Assembly (NCBI GenBank): GCA_963717465.1
Contig: OY970340.1
Span: 1,024,001-1,088,000, forward strand
Length of the DNA: 64,000 bases
Direction: 5' to 3'
Source of the DNA: Candidatus Bathyarchaeota archaeon
GTDB lineage: Archaea; Thermoproteota; Bathyarchaeia; Bathyarchaeales; Bathycorpusculaceae
Shown piece after piece: positions 10,546 to 22,538 of the stretch (position 1 is the first letter of the stretch; every line of letters starts with the position of its first letter). The position numbers were made by a program, and so were the translations under genes. Below the pieces are notes generated by a model that worked only from the letters and a program-made list of their open reading frames with translations, searched no databases and was not told the origin of the DNA.

Positions 10546-11269
10546 ATGCAACTAATTCCCGCTATCGATCTTATGAATGGTAAAATTGTGAGGTTAAGCC
10601 GCGGCGACCCCAAGACTGCTAAAATTTACGAGCAGTTTGGAGGTCCCGTGGAGACTGCTAAAAAATGGCATGATGATGGCGCAAGAAAACTGCACATTAT
10701 AGATTTAGATGCTGCATTTGGCACAGGGAATAATCGGGTGGTAATTTCAGAAATTGCAAAGAGCATCAATTTGCCCATTCAGGTGGGCGGCGGAATTCGC
10801 AGCTTCGAGATTGCCAAAGAACTGCTTTTGCAGCGGTGTGCGCCAAGTTATCTTGGGTTCTTTAGCATTCAGCAATGAAACGGTGATAAGTGAGATTCAA
10901 AGAGAGTTCGGGGTTGAAGCTGTGATTGTTGCTTTAGACAATAAGGATGGTAAAATAATGGTTGAAGGATGGAAAACAACTACAGATTTAACCGTTGAAG
11001 ATGCCTTGGAGAAATTTACTTCATTAGGCGTTAATAGGTTTCTTATTACTTCAATAACGAAAGATGGGATGCTTTCAGGTCCAGATCTTGAAACACTCAG
11101 CCAAGCATGCCAATACCCCAATGTCAAAGTTATTGCGGCTGGCGGAATAGGTGCGTTAAAGGATTTAGCAGCGCTCAAACGTGTCGGCGTTGAAGGTGCA
11201 GTGATCGGCAAGGCTCTTTACGAAGACAGGTTCACGCTAAAAGATGCGTTAAAACTCATAGGAGATTAA
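10546..11269 (+). CDS. hisA: ProFAR isomerase (frameshift near 10830)
   Basis: '[15 protein letters not shown]', 'QVGGGIR', 'KDGMLSGPD', 'IGKALY'; AGGTGAT SD. Confidence 0.94.
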
Positions 11270-11276
11270 GAAGAAT

Positions 11277-12081
11277 TTGCCTTTAGCTAAGCGTATAGTT
11301 CCATGCTTGGATGTTGACAAGGGAAAAGTGGTAAAAGGTGTAAACTTTTTGCAGTTAAAGCACGCTGGCGACCCTGTTGAACTGGCTAAGCGTTATTCAG
11401 ATGAAGGTGCTGATGAGCTTGTTTTTTTGGATATAACTGCTTCATCAGATAAGCGGGACATTTTGCGTGCAGTGGTTGAAGGCGTGGCTAGAGCAATAAG
11501 CATACCGTTTACCGTTGGCGGGGGCATACGAAATGTTTCAGATGCAAGGCTTGTCTTATGCAGTGGCGCTGACAAGGTTTCTGTCAACACTGCAGCGGTG
11601 GAAAACCCGAAAGTAATAACCGAATTAGCGGACGTTTTCGGCAGGCAATGCGTAGTTACCGCTATAGATGCGAAAAGAAACCACAATGTAACAGCGGACA
11701 AAATTGCAGTGCAGACAAGTCAAGGATCCGTATGGTTTGAGGTTTACACTTACGGTGGAAGAAAACCAACAGGAATAGATGCTATCCAATGGGCTACGCA
11801 AGCTGAGAAGCTTGGTGCAGGCGAGTTCCTCGTCACTTCCATGGATAAAGATGGCACAGAAGACGGCTACGACATGGAGCTAACCCGAACAATCTCAGAA
11901 AAAGTAAACGTCCCCGTTATCGCAAGCGGAGGAGCAGGAGTTCCAAAGCATTTCCTTGAAGTTTTCACAAATGGCAAAGCCGATGCAGCATTGGCCGCTT
12001 CAGTCTTCCACTACAACAAGTACCCAATTCCAGTCATCAAGGATTATCTTGCGAAAATCGGGGGTGACGATTAGATCATGA
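11277..12081 (+). CDS. hisF: Imidazole glycerol phosphate synthase cyclase subunit
   Basis: '[11 protein letters not shown]', 'FLDITAS', 'SMDKDGT', 'IASGGAG'; probable indel near the 3' end (ORF track stop 12074). Confidence 0.96.
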
Positions 12082-12411
12082 CAGAACAAGATTTGCTCGG
12101 AAAATTGGATTTTAACAAGGGCAACGGGCTTATTCCCGTAGTTGTCCAAGACATGCAAAACAAAGGAGTTGTTGATGCTTGCTTACGCTAACAAGGAAGC
12201 ATTAGAAAAAACGTTAAGCACAGGATTTGCTCACTACTGGAGTCGTTCGAGAGGCCAACTGTGGATGAAAGGTGAAACTTCGGGGCATACTCAGAAAATA
12301 GTTTCAGTTTTAACTGACTGCGACTACGACACACTATTGTACATAGTTGTTCAGAAGGGAAATGCTTGTCACACTGGCAAACCGACTTGCTTCTTCAACA
12401 AGATATTGTAG
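12078..12411 (+). CDS. hisI: Phosphoribosyl-AMP cyclohydrolase (frameshift near 12150)
   Basis: '[16 protein letters not shown]', '[16 protein letters not shown]', 'DCDYD', 'ACHTG..CF'. Confidence 0.94.
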
Positions 12412-12477
12412 CCAACACTTTTAAGAAAAAACCTCCTTACTTATTAAACAAGTTTATTGCTGTTTGGTGAAAACGCA

Positions 12478-13536
12478 ATGCCTTTACATGAAGCTATGCT
12501 TTACAGCAGACAAGCAGAGAACAAAGTCAAATGCTCATTATGCGCTAGGCGTTGCCTTATCAGTGATGGATCAACAGGTTTTTGTCTGGTTCGGGCAAAT
12601 CAGGGCGGTACACTTTACTCGCTAAATTATGGAAAGGCGGTTTCAGCTTGTGTTGACCCTATAAGCAAAAAACCCTTATCACATTTTCATCCTAATGCAC
12701 TTGTAATGTCGATTGCGGCAGCTGGCTGCAATTTCCGTTGCCAATTCTGCGATAACTGGATGATAAGTCAAGGAAAAGAAATCGCAGGTAAACCATTCAG
12801 CCCAGCAGATATTGTGAAAGCAGCAAGGGAAAGTAATTGCCAAGGAATAAGCTACACGTACACTGAGCCGACAATATTATATGGAGTACGCTTATGAAAC
12901 CGCCAAGATTGCTCATCAAGTCGGTTTCTTTAACACTTTCGTCACAAACGGGTACATGACGCCTGAAGCAGTAAAATTAATTGCTCCAGTATTAGATGCG
13001 GCGACAGTTGATTTTAAAGGCGGCGGGGACCCAGAATTTTACAAGAGTTTTTCTGCAGTGCCAAGTGTTGAACCTATTTATGAAGCTCTAAAAGAGTTGA
13101 GATCGAATGGTGTTCATGTAGAAATTACTAATTTGATTGTTCCGAAAATTGGAGATTCAATGGATAGAATAAAGGAAATGGCCAATTGGATTAAGAATTA
13201 CTTGGGAAAAGATACGCCGTTTCATTTGTTGCGTTTTCATCCTGATTATAAGATGACAACGATTCCAGCAACCTCATCTGAGAGTCTTAGAGAGAGCGTA
13301 CATGACGGCGAAGAATGAAGGGTTAAATTATGTTTATCTTGGAAATCTGCCTGGGCATCCAGCAGAAAATACTTATTGTCCCAACTGCGGGGAAGCGGTG
13401 ATTAAAAGGTACAGTTTTGAGATTACAAAGTGGAATCTAACTAAAGATATGACGTTGCCCAGTATGTGGACAAGCCATTCCCATCAAGGGCCGATTGTAT
13501 CCCACTGGTTCTCGTTATCCATATGCGCTGTTTTAA
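12478..13536 (+). CDS. AmmeMemoRadiSam system radical SAM enzyme (frameshifts)
   Basis: 'CSLCARRC', '[11 protein letters not shown]', '[12 protein letters not shown]', 'YTYTEPT', 'FHPDY', C-terminal CPNCG. Confidence 0.92.
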
Positions 13537-13626
13537 TTGGTTGTTTTAATCGTGTTCCATTTCAAATGGCAAGCAATCGACAAAAACTCTTAAATTAGTC
13601 AAATCCTAATCACTCAAGGATTCTCT

Positions 13627-14601
13627 ATGTCATCCAATGGCAAATTTGAAGTATTAAGTTACGATGAGAAAACAAAGAAGTTTCTTGTTAAATCTGTATC
13701 AGGAAACAAGGTTCAAGTAGATGATACTTTTGCTGAAATGTTCGGTTTATGGGCTGGACGAGTACTTATAACCGCACAAAGCGAGAAATGGGCGACAATT
13801 GCAGGGCAAGTTGCCACTGGCTTTGCAACCAGCGTTATCGCAGCTTCGGCAGAAGCCGCAATAGAACGCGTGAGTTCCAGCTGATCAGACACCTGATAAA
13901 CGTCCAGGATTGCTTATTCAAATTTATAACCGTGACCGATTTGAATTAAAACATCAACTAATGGAACGCATAGGTCAATGTGTATTGACTTGCCCAACCA
14001 CATCAGCCTTCAACGGTCTTGATAAAACTAAACGCACACTCAACGTTGGAAGCAGTCTGCGCTATTTTGGTGATGGCTTCCAGAAAAAAACGATGGTTGG
14101 CGGAAGGAAATGCTGGAAAATCCCAGTTATGGAAGGCAACTTTATAGTTGAAGATGGATTCGGAGCACAAGAAGCAATTGCAGGCGGCAACTTTATGATT
14201 TTCGCTGAAACCCAGAAAGCAGGTCTTGAAGCCGCAGAAAAAGCCGCAGATGCGATACGAGCTAATGCGCCAGATGTTATAATGCCATTTCCAGGCGGAT
14301 TATGTCGAGCAGGAAGCAAAGCTGGGTCACTTAAATATAAAATGAAAGCTTCAACAAACCACATCTATTGCCCCACATTAAGAGGAATAGTTCCTGATGT
14401 CAGTTGTTCCAGAAAATGTTCAATGCGTTTATGAAATAGTCATGAACGGCTTATCACTTGACGCTATTAAAGCAGGGTATAAAGCAGGTATTCAAGCAGC
14501 AGCTGACGTGCACAGGTGTAGTACTGATTACAGCAGGAAACTACGGCGGCAAGTTAGGCCCATTCAAAGCCTACCTGAAAGACGCGATAGGCGCCACATA
14601 G
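13627..14601 (+). CDS. ftr: Formylmethanofuran:tetrahydromethanopterin N-formyltransferase (frameshifts)
   Basis: 'DDTFAEMF', 'RVLITA', 'TGFATSVI', 'RIGQCVLTCPT', 'FGDGF', 'GGN', 'ASTN', 'AGNYGGKLG'. Confidence 0.92.
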
Positions 14602-14685
14602 CTTCTTTTTTAAGTAACTTTTATTTGATTCCACACGACGTAAAGTGTGGAACAAAAAATATAACTTTATTTCGTGGAAAAATAT

Positions 14686-15958
14686 TTGAGTACAGCAAAA
14701 AAGAGTTCCCTTGAGCTATTTCGCATAAAAAAAATGCTTGATTTCCTAGCTGACAAAGAGGGTCACGCAACAGAACTTATCACGCTATATGTTCCTCCAG
14801 GAAAACAAATTAGCGATGCCTCAAACATGCTAAGGGAAGAATATGGAACAGCAACGAACATTAAAAGCAACACTACAAGAAAAAACGTTCTTGACGCAAT
14901 TACAAAAGTGCAACAGAAACTCAAACTTATAAAAGACCCAGGTGAAAACGGCTTCGTCATTTTTGCAGGTGCATTGCCACAGGAAGGCGGCGGAGGACCA
15001 GGCACAGAAAAAATCGGAAGCTTTCGTTATTGTTCCACCTGAACCAATCCGAATTTTCCTCTATAGGTGCGACGCAAAATTTCACATTGAGCATTTGCAG
15101 GAATTAATTCGTGAAAAAGAAACCTTTGGCATACTGCTTGTTGACGCTTCAGGCGCTACAATAGCCACTTTGCAGGGAAAAAGAATGCAAATTCTCCGTG
15201 AAATGTATTCGGGTGTTGCAGGAAAGACTAAGGCTGGTGGTCAATCAGCAAGGCGGTATGAACGGTTACGGGATATGCAGCTTAATGAGTATTTTACGCG
15301 TGTTGGCAAACATGCAAATGATATTTTCCTGCCAATTGAGACTTTGAAAGGTTTAATTCTTGCTGGTCCAGGACCAACAAAATATGATTTTGAAAAGGGC
15401 GATTATCTGAATTACATGTTAAAAAACAAGATACTCGACACAATTGACACGGCTTACGTTGAAGAGCAAGGTGTTAAAGAAGTTGTTGAGAAAGCACCTG
15501 AAATTATGCGGCGGGTGCGCTACATTGAAGAAAAGGAAATTATGCAGAAATTCCTGTACGAAGTTGGTCATGACACTGGATTAATTACTTATGGTGAAGC
15601 TGAAGTTAGAAAAGCTCTTCAATCAGGTATGGTTAGAACGCTTATTATTTCTGAAAGTCTTGACATGTTGCGTGTTACCGTAAAATGCAGTGCTTGCGGT
15701 TATCAAGAGCAGGAAACAGTTAAAACTTCAAACTTGAAGGTTTATGAGCAGAACCTATCAACTAAGCCTTGCCCAAAATGCGGTGCCCCTTCTCTTGGTA
15801 TAGTTGAAAAGCAGGATGTTATTGATGATTTAGCTCAACTTGCTGAAAACTCCAATGCGGATGTTGAGGTAATTTCTGCTGAAACTGAGGAAGGGCAAAT
15901 GCTGAAGAATGCTTTCGGCGGAATAGCGGCGATATTGCGGTATAAAATGCAAGGCTAA
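14686..15958 (+). CDS. prf1: Peptide chain release factor aRF1 (frameshift near 15015)
   Basis: NIKS motif, 'YRCD', GGQS motif, CxxC..CxxC insertion, 'FGGIAAILRY'. Confidence 0.96.
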
Positions 15959-16238
15959 AACCTTTCAGCAATGAAATGATTATAAAAATTAGGACGCCAA
16001 CAATATAGATCTAACAAAACATAAATTTTCTCGATTTTTGGATCTTATTGTGCGCTTTAAACAAATGTTAGTTTGATGATTAAAAGAACAAGTCCTGAAC
16101 GTTTTCTTTGTTGCTTAAGTTCCGCTAAAGTTGACGTGCACTGAATCATGACAGTGTTGCTTGTGATTCGGCTAATAAAAACCGTTTTTGATCAAATTTC
16201 GGAACACCACGCGAGCTCCCTTTGTAATAGCGCTTGTA

Positions 16239-16557
16239 TTATTCTGGAACTATTGTCGACGAAACGCGTTTCTTTAAATCGTTGTATCTTTGCGTTATTT
16301 CTTCCTTGGCAGCTGCAAGTTCAGCATTAAGTCTGGGTCTTGATTCAGGCGCCAAGTCTTTACTCTTTACAATGTCTCTCTCAATTTTCTCCAAATCGTG
16401 ATCAGCATCTCTCATCATTTCTTCCGTTTTTACCAAAGATTCTGCCTTCACTTTCTGTATCTTAACCATGTTATCTTTTACTTCCGCAGCCTTTCTTTTT
16501 TGATTTCGCTTTAACGCTTTGTATTTTTTCTAAATAATCATTTTCGGAGTCGCCCAT
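16239..16557 (-). CDS. Hypothetical coiled-coil protein (probable frameshift near 16500)
   Basis: ATG 16557 'MGDSENDYLEKIQSVK' plausibly joins ORF 16239..16469; helical, charged. Confidence 0.55.
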
Positions 16558-16803
16558 ACTATTCCTTCATTGCTTAACTTTATTCAACCGATTGACTATT
16601 TTATGTTTTCTGCATAATCTTACTTCAAAGAGCATGCGCTTGCTGATAATTCGCGCTTTAAATTCCCTATTAAGTTATTAACATGGAAATTTGTCGTTTA
16701 GCCCAAAGCAAAGAGATAGGCATTGTCTACCAAAGAACCTTGCAGTTTTCCGTGTTTATTCTCAACTGTTCTTCATTGCGGAAAAAAGGCTAACAGGCAA
16801 ACG

Positions 16804-17152
16804 CTATGTACTATTATTTAGCTTGAAATAAATGCACCTATTGTTTTTACCTTTGTTCTCAGTCCTGATAAGCTCAATTTTTCCAATCTCATTAAGGTTT
16901 TTAACATGGGTACCGCCATCCGCCTGCTTATCTACACCGACGATTTGGACGATTCTTAAAACCGGAAGGTCTGGCGGGAAAGCTTCAGCCATCTTGATTA
17001 CACCAGGAATTTTCATAGCTTCTTCTCGGGGCAACTCATACCATTACACGGGAATGTCGGTCCAGGATCACATGCTTTCCATCTTTCACAGAAACTACGA
17101 TTGCGTTAGATTCTTTGAGATAACTGTCGACTAAAAACAGTGCTTTTGTCAT
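16804..17152 (-). pseudogene. alaX: AlaX-M alanyl-tRNA editing protein remnant
   Basis: N-term 'MTKALFLVDSYLKE..VILD' abuts 'DIPV*WYELPREEA..LRIVQI..ADGGTHV'; the central HxxxH region is deleted and there is an in-frame stop. Confidence 0.8.
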
Positions 17153-17332
17153 AAGACGCCTTCCCTTTGAAGATTTATTATTCTAGAATCAAATAAAGGG
17201 ATACCCTATTCTGATTTTATCGGTTCTATGTGTAATCTTTGTCACTAAGTTGCCCTCTATTACATGTTGCCGAGAAAGAAAATTGCGGTTAACTGAAGTC
17301 AGTTGTTTTTGATTTTATCCGCTATTGTGAAG

Positions 17333-18963
17333 TCACTCAAAGGGAGTTGGCTTGTATCTTGACAGTATGCCTTTGTCGATTTTGGGTTTTCTTGGTTTCC
17401 ACGCGGTTAACCGTTCCTTTAGTTCCTTATCTGGCAGCTCAACTTTTAAGATGCGGTTGGGTATGTCGATGGTGATTTTGTCGCCTTCCTGTAAGAACTG
17501 CGATTGGTCCGCCTTCGAATGCTTCTGGAGCAACGTGTCCGATGCATGGTCCTCGTGTTGCGCCTGAAAATCTTCCATCTGTTATGAGTGCTACGCTTTC
17601 TGTTAAGCCCATGCCTGCTATAGTTGCTGTTGGAATTAGCATTTCAGGCATTCCCGGTCCACCTCGAGGGCCTTCATAACGGATAACTACGACGTCGCCG
17701 GGAACAATCTTCTTTGCTCTAATTGCGACTATTGCTTCTTGTTCAGAGTCATAGATTTTTGCGGGACCAGTGTGCTTGAGCATTTTCGGTGAGACGCCTG
17801 CGGTTTTGATTACGCCGCCTTTAGGTGCAAGATTACCAGTTAAAATAGCGATTCCGCCTTCTTTATGAAGTGGGTCAGCTAAGGGGTGAATAACCTCGCG
17901 ATTCAGTACTGTGGCATCTTTTATGTTTGCCCGTCACGGTTTTGCCTGAAACAGTTGGCAAGCCTAAGTGAAGTAAGCTTTGGATCTCGTTCATTACTGC
18001 TGGGACTCCGCCTGCGGCGTCTAAATCTTCAAGCGCATTGGGTCCGCTTGGAATCATGCCTGCTAAGTGCGGCACTTTTCTACCGATTTTATCAAAAATA
18101 GATAATGGCAAAGTGAATCCTGCTTCCTTAGCGATGGCTGGCAAATGCAGAACCGTGTTTGTTGATCCTCCAAGAGCCATATCCACTGAAATAGCGTTTT
18201 CAAAGGCAGCACGCTTCATGATATCTAAAGGCTTAACGTCTATCTTTAACAAGTGCAACTGCTCTTTTACCTGACTCTTTTGCAATTCGCATTTTCAACG
18301 CGCTTGTAGCCAGTGAAGTTGCACAGTAAGGAAGAGACATTCCCAACGCTTCCGTCATGCAAGCCATCGTGTTTGCCGTGAACATGCCACTGCAGGAGCC
18401 GCAGCCTGGACAAGCAGCATTTTCCAGACGTGCCAAGTCTTCTTCAGCCTTTTCCCAGCAACAACTTCTCCAAGGGCTTCTGGAACTGAAGAGTAACTTA
18501 TTTTTTTGCCGTCAAGGCGACCTGCAACCATTGGTCCACCTGTAACGGCTATAGCTGGCACGTTTAATCTTGCTGCAGCCATAAGCATGCCTGGAGTGAC
18601 TTTATCACAGTTTGTAACCATGACAAACCCGTCAAGTCTGTGGGCTTGAATCATGATTTCAACGCTGTCAGCAATTATTTCACGTGAGGGCAATGAATAT
18701 CGCATGCCTTCATGACCCATGGCTAACCCGTCACATACAGCTATGGTGTTGAATTCAAAGGGTACGCCGCCAGCTGCAAGTATGCCTTCTTTAACAGCTT
18801 CTCCTATGGCTCTCAGATGAATGTGTCCTGGAACAATCGATGTGTAACTGTTTGCTATTCCAATGAATGGTTTAGTCATATCACTATCTATTACGCCTAA
18901 AGATTTTAAAAGTGCTCTATGAGGTGCTCGTTCAACTCCGCGCTTAATCAAATCGCTTCTCAT
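17333..18963 (-). CDS. ilvD: Dihydroxy-acid dehydratase (frameshifts)
   Basis: 'RAPHRALL', 'CDGLAMGH', 'CDKVTPG', '[14 protein letters not shown]', '[13 protein letters not shown]', 'TDGRFSGAT'. Confidence 0.95.
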
Positions 18964-19039
18964 TTCATTTTGCCTCGTGCACTAAGACAGACACCATAAA
19001 TTTTATATTTAAGCATGACGCTCCTTGAAAAGTAAGTGA

Positions 19040-20605
19040 TTGAAATGGGGTATCGTTTTATTTAACCGCTTCCCTAAAAAAATACGAATTTTTGACACCA
19101 CTCTAAGAGATGGTGAACAAACACCCGGAATATCCCTAACACCTGAAAACAAATTAAGAATTGCTCAACGCTTAGATGAACTCGGCGTCAACGTGATTGA
19201 AGGCAGGCTTTGCAGCTGTTTCCGAAGGCGAACTGGAGGCAGTTAGCTCTCATTGCTAAGCAAGGTCTAAAAGCTGAAATTTGCAGTGCCGCAAGAGGTA
19301 CAAAAGGAGACATTGACGCTGTAATCAAAAGCGGCGCAAACAAGCATAAACATGATTATCCCCACATCTGATTTACACATCGAATGTAAACTTCGAAAAA
19401 CTCGGGAGCAAATTCTAAAAATAACCGAGGAATGCGTCCAATACGCTAAAGACCATGGCTTAATCGTGGAGCTTTCCGCTGAAGACGCAACAAGATCCGA
19501 TTTTGATTACTTGACTAAAAGTCTTCAAGGTAGCTGTAAGTGCTGGAGTGGACAGAGTTGTTCCATGTGACACTGTTGGCATATTGACGCCTGAAAGATC
19601 ATACGAGTTGTTCTCTAAGCTTCGAAAAACCATTAAAGTTCCAATCAGTGTACACTGCCATAACGATTTTGGCATGGCAGTTGCAAACTCCATCGCTGCC
19701 CTAAGAGCTGGAGCAAGCCAAGCTCACGCAACCATAAACGGGCTTAGGCGAACGAGCTGGAAATGCTTCACTTGAAGAAATAGTAGTTACTCTAAAATCA
19801 CTTTACAAACTTGATTTAGACATTAAAACCGAGCTTATTATACAGCACTTCCCAATTGGTATCACGTTTAACAGGCATTTACGTTCAGCCTAACAAGGCA
19901 ATAGTGGGCGAAAACGCGTTCACGCACGAATCAGGAATTCACACTCAAGGTTTACTGGCAAACCCATTAACCTACGAGCCTATCGCGCCAGAACTGGTAG
20001 GTGGGACAAGACGGATTTCGCCTGGTAAGCATTCGGGTTCTCATGGAATTAAGTCAGCCATGGAAAAAATGGGTTTAAACCCAACTGAAGAGCAGCTTAA
20101 AGAAATAATCATGAGAGTAAAAGGTTTAGGCGACAAAGGCAAAGCTGTAATGGATGCTGATTTGCTGGCGATAGCTGAAGCAGTGATGAATCTTAAAAAC
20201 ACAAGGCCGATAACTTTGCAAGAGATTACCGTGGTTAGCGGAAATAAAGTCATGCCTATGGCTTCAGTAACGTTAACTCATAACGAGAAAGAGGTTTGTG
20301 GAATAGGCACAGGCGTTGGTCCAGTTGATGCAGCAATAAACGCAGTTAAAGGCGCCATTACTGAATCTGAACCAATACAGCTTGAGCAATATCACGTTAA
20401 ATCCATCACCGGCGGAACCGACGCAATGGTTGAAGTTGAAGTACGCATGCGTAAAGGCACCAAAACAGCAACTGCAATGGGAATACGCGAAGACATCGTA
20501 ATGGCAAGCCTAGAGGCAGTAATCAACGGCATGAACGTTCTACTAACAAATTACAGCTCCTCAAATAACGCATCGAATAATTCAGTGCAAGAAGTGAAAG
20601 GTTAA
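19040..20605 (+). CDS. cimA: Isopropylmalate synthase family, likely (R)-citramalate synthase (frameshifts)
   Basis: 'DTTLRDGEQ', 'HCHND', 'HESGIH', LeuA dimer domain; 'IIPTSDLH' segment resembles archaeal CimA. Confidence 0.7.
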
Positions 20606-20619
20606 AACTGTTTGCTTAC

Positions 20620-20803
20620 CACAAACTTTTTAAATATAAGGGAATTATTGGTTAAGACACGAGGAAATTCACGGAGGAATACAAATGAGGGATTGCCACC
20701 TCCATCGGGTACATATTTTCATTTTCGCCTAGATTACCCTCCGAAGAAATCTCGTCTAAAACTGTTACAAAATTTTTTCCCATACTGGACAGTATAATTG
20801 TAA
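20620..20803 (+). promoter_or_regulatory. ilv-leu-pheA operon leader: TATA box, uORF MRDCHLHRVHIFIFA (20685..20732), long helix, T-tract
   Basis: TTTTTAAA at 20627; GGAGG SD 20673..20677; helix 20655..20677 with 20738..20757. Confidence 0.55.
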
Positions 20804-20827
20804 ATAATAAAGGGGAAGACCTAACAA

Positions 20828-22538
20828 ATGACTAAAACATCAGGGTCAAAAGCCCTAATTCAATCTTTAGAAAACAAGAATGTCGAAGTGATATTTGGAA
20901 TACTGGGCGGAGCAATCTTGCCAGTATACGATACCCTATGCAACTCTAAAATACGCCATATACTCAGCAGACACGAACAAGGCGCAGCTCACGCAGCAGA
21001 TGGCTATGCACGTGCTAGCGGAAAAGCCGGTGTTTGCTTAGCAACATCTGGTCCAGGCGCAACAAACTTGGTTACTGGCATCGCTAATGCCTACATGGAT
21101 TCTTCACCTGTAATTGCACTAACAGGACAAGTTCCCTCAAACGGCGTTAATACTTCATATATGATTGGGAGAGATGCCTTCCAAGAAGCCGACATAATAG
21201 GGATAACAACAGCAATAACAAAATACAGCTATCCAAATACGCGATGCCGCTGAAATTCCCCGTGCGGTAAACTCAGCATTTTACATCGCAACAACAGGTA
21301 GACCTGGCCCAGTTCTAATAGACTTACCAAAAAACGTTCAAACTGAAATAAAAGAAATGGAATTCACGAATCGAGTGGAACTTAGAGGGTACAAACCGAC
21401 AATCGACCCACATCCTTTACAAATAAAGAAAGCAGCTGACCTATTAGCTAGCGCTGAGCGCCCATTGATACTAGCAGGAGGCGGAGTAATAATCGCTGGG
21501 GCTTCAGACCAACTGTTCAAAGTCTCCCAACTGCTATTGGCTCCAGTTGCTACAACGCTTATGGGCAAAGGGGCTTTTCCAGAGATTCATCCCTTATCCG
21601 TCGGAAGCATCGGAATGCATGGAAACCCAGCTGCAAACAAATTGATAGAAGAAGCTGACGTACTGTTAGCTGTGGGCACTCGCTTTTCAGACAGATCGTC
21701 AGCGAACTTGGATAGTTTCTGTCCAGACGCAAAAAGAATCCATGTTGATGTTGATGCAGCAGAAATCGGCAAGAACGTTGATGTTGAAGTACCCATCGTT
21801 GGTGATGCAAAAGTATCCTTAGGCTTACTGTATGAAGCGCTGTTGAAACTGTTGAAGAAGAAGCCTGGAGAAGCATGGACAAACCGCGTTAAACAAGTCA
21901 AAGAGCAATTAAACCCATTAATGAATAATGAAACGCAAGAACTTACTCCAAAATCGTTGCTGATAGAATTAAGAAAGATATTGCCTGAAAACGGCATAGT
22001 CACAACAGAAGTAGGTCAAAACCAAATGTGGTCCGCATTATACTTTAAAGCGCTGCATCCGAGAACATTCATAACTTCAGGCGGGTTAGGAACAATGGGT
22101 TTTGGTTTTCCAGCAGCTTTAGGCGCAAAAGTCGCTTGTCCAGACCGACCGGTAGTGGATATTGCTGGTGATGGCAGCTTCATAATGACCGAACAAGAGT
22201 TAGCATGCTCAGTTAACGAGGATATTCCAGTCACAGTCATAGTCCTGAATAATTCAGTATTAGGCATGGTGGCACAGTGGCAACGAACACTCTACAATCG
22301 CCGCTACATGGCAGTGAACTTGGGCAAAAACCCTGATTTCGTAAAACTAGCTGAAGCCTATGGAGCACAAGGCTTCCATGTAGGTTCAATCGATGAATTC
22401 CAAAAAGCAATCAAAACCGCATTAAAAAGCAAAGTTACAACAGTCATCGACGTGCCAATCTCCTCAGAAGAAAACGTCAATCCGTTTGTGCCTCCAGGCT
22501 GCGGACTTACATCAACAAACAGGAGACTACTAAAATGA
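20828..22538 (+). CDS. ilvB: Acetolactate synthase large subunit (frameshift near 21235)
   Basis: '[15 protein letters not shown]', 'TSGPGATN', '[10 protein letters not shown]', 'GDGSF..LNN..GMV.QWQ'. Confidence 0.96.

Noticed and set aside
15000..15045. aRF1 frameshift as RF2-like programmed autoregulation
   Set aside because: No slippery CTT-TGA site (stop context ACC TGA); removing one base near 15015 restores 'EKMEAFVIVPPEP'; similar indels occur throughout.
16070..16148. TTGATGA..CTGA..CTGA possible C/D sRNA
   Set aside because: No terminal stem in K-turn register and no C' box.
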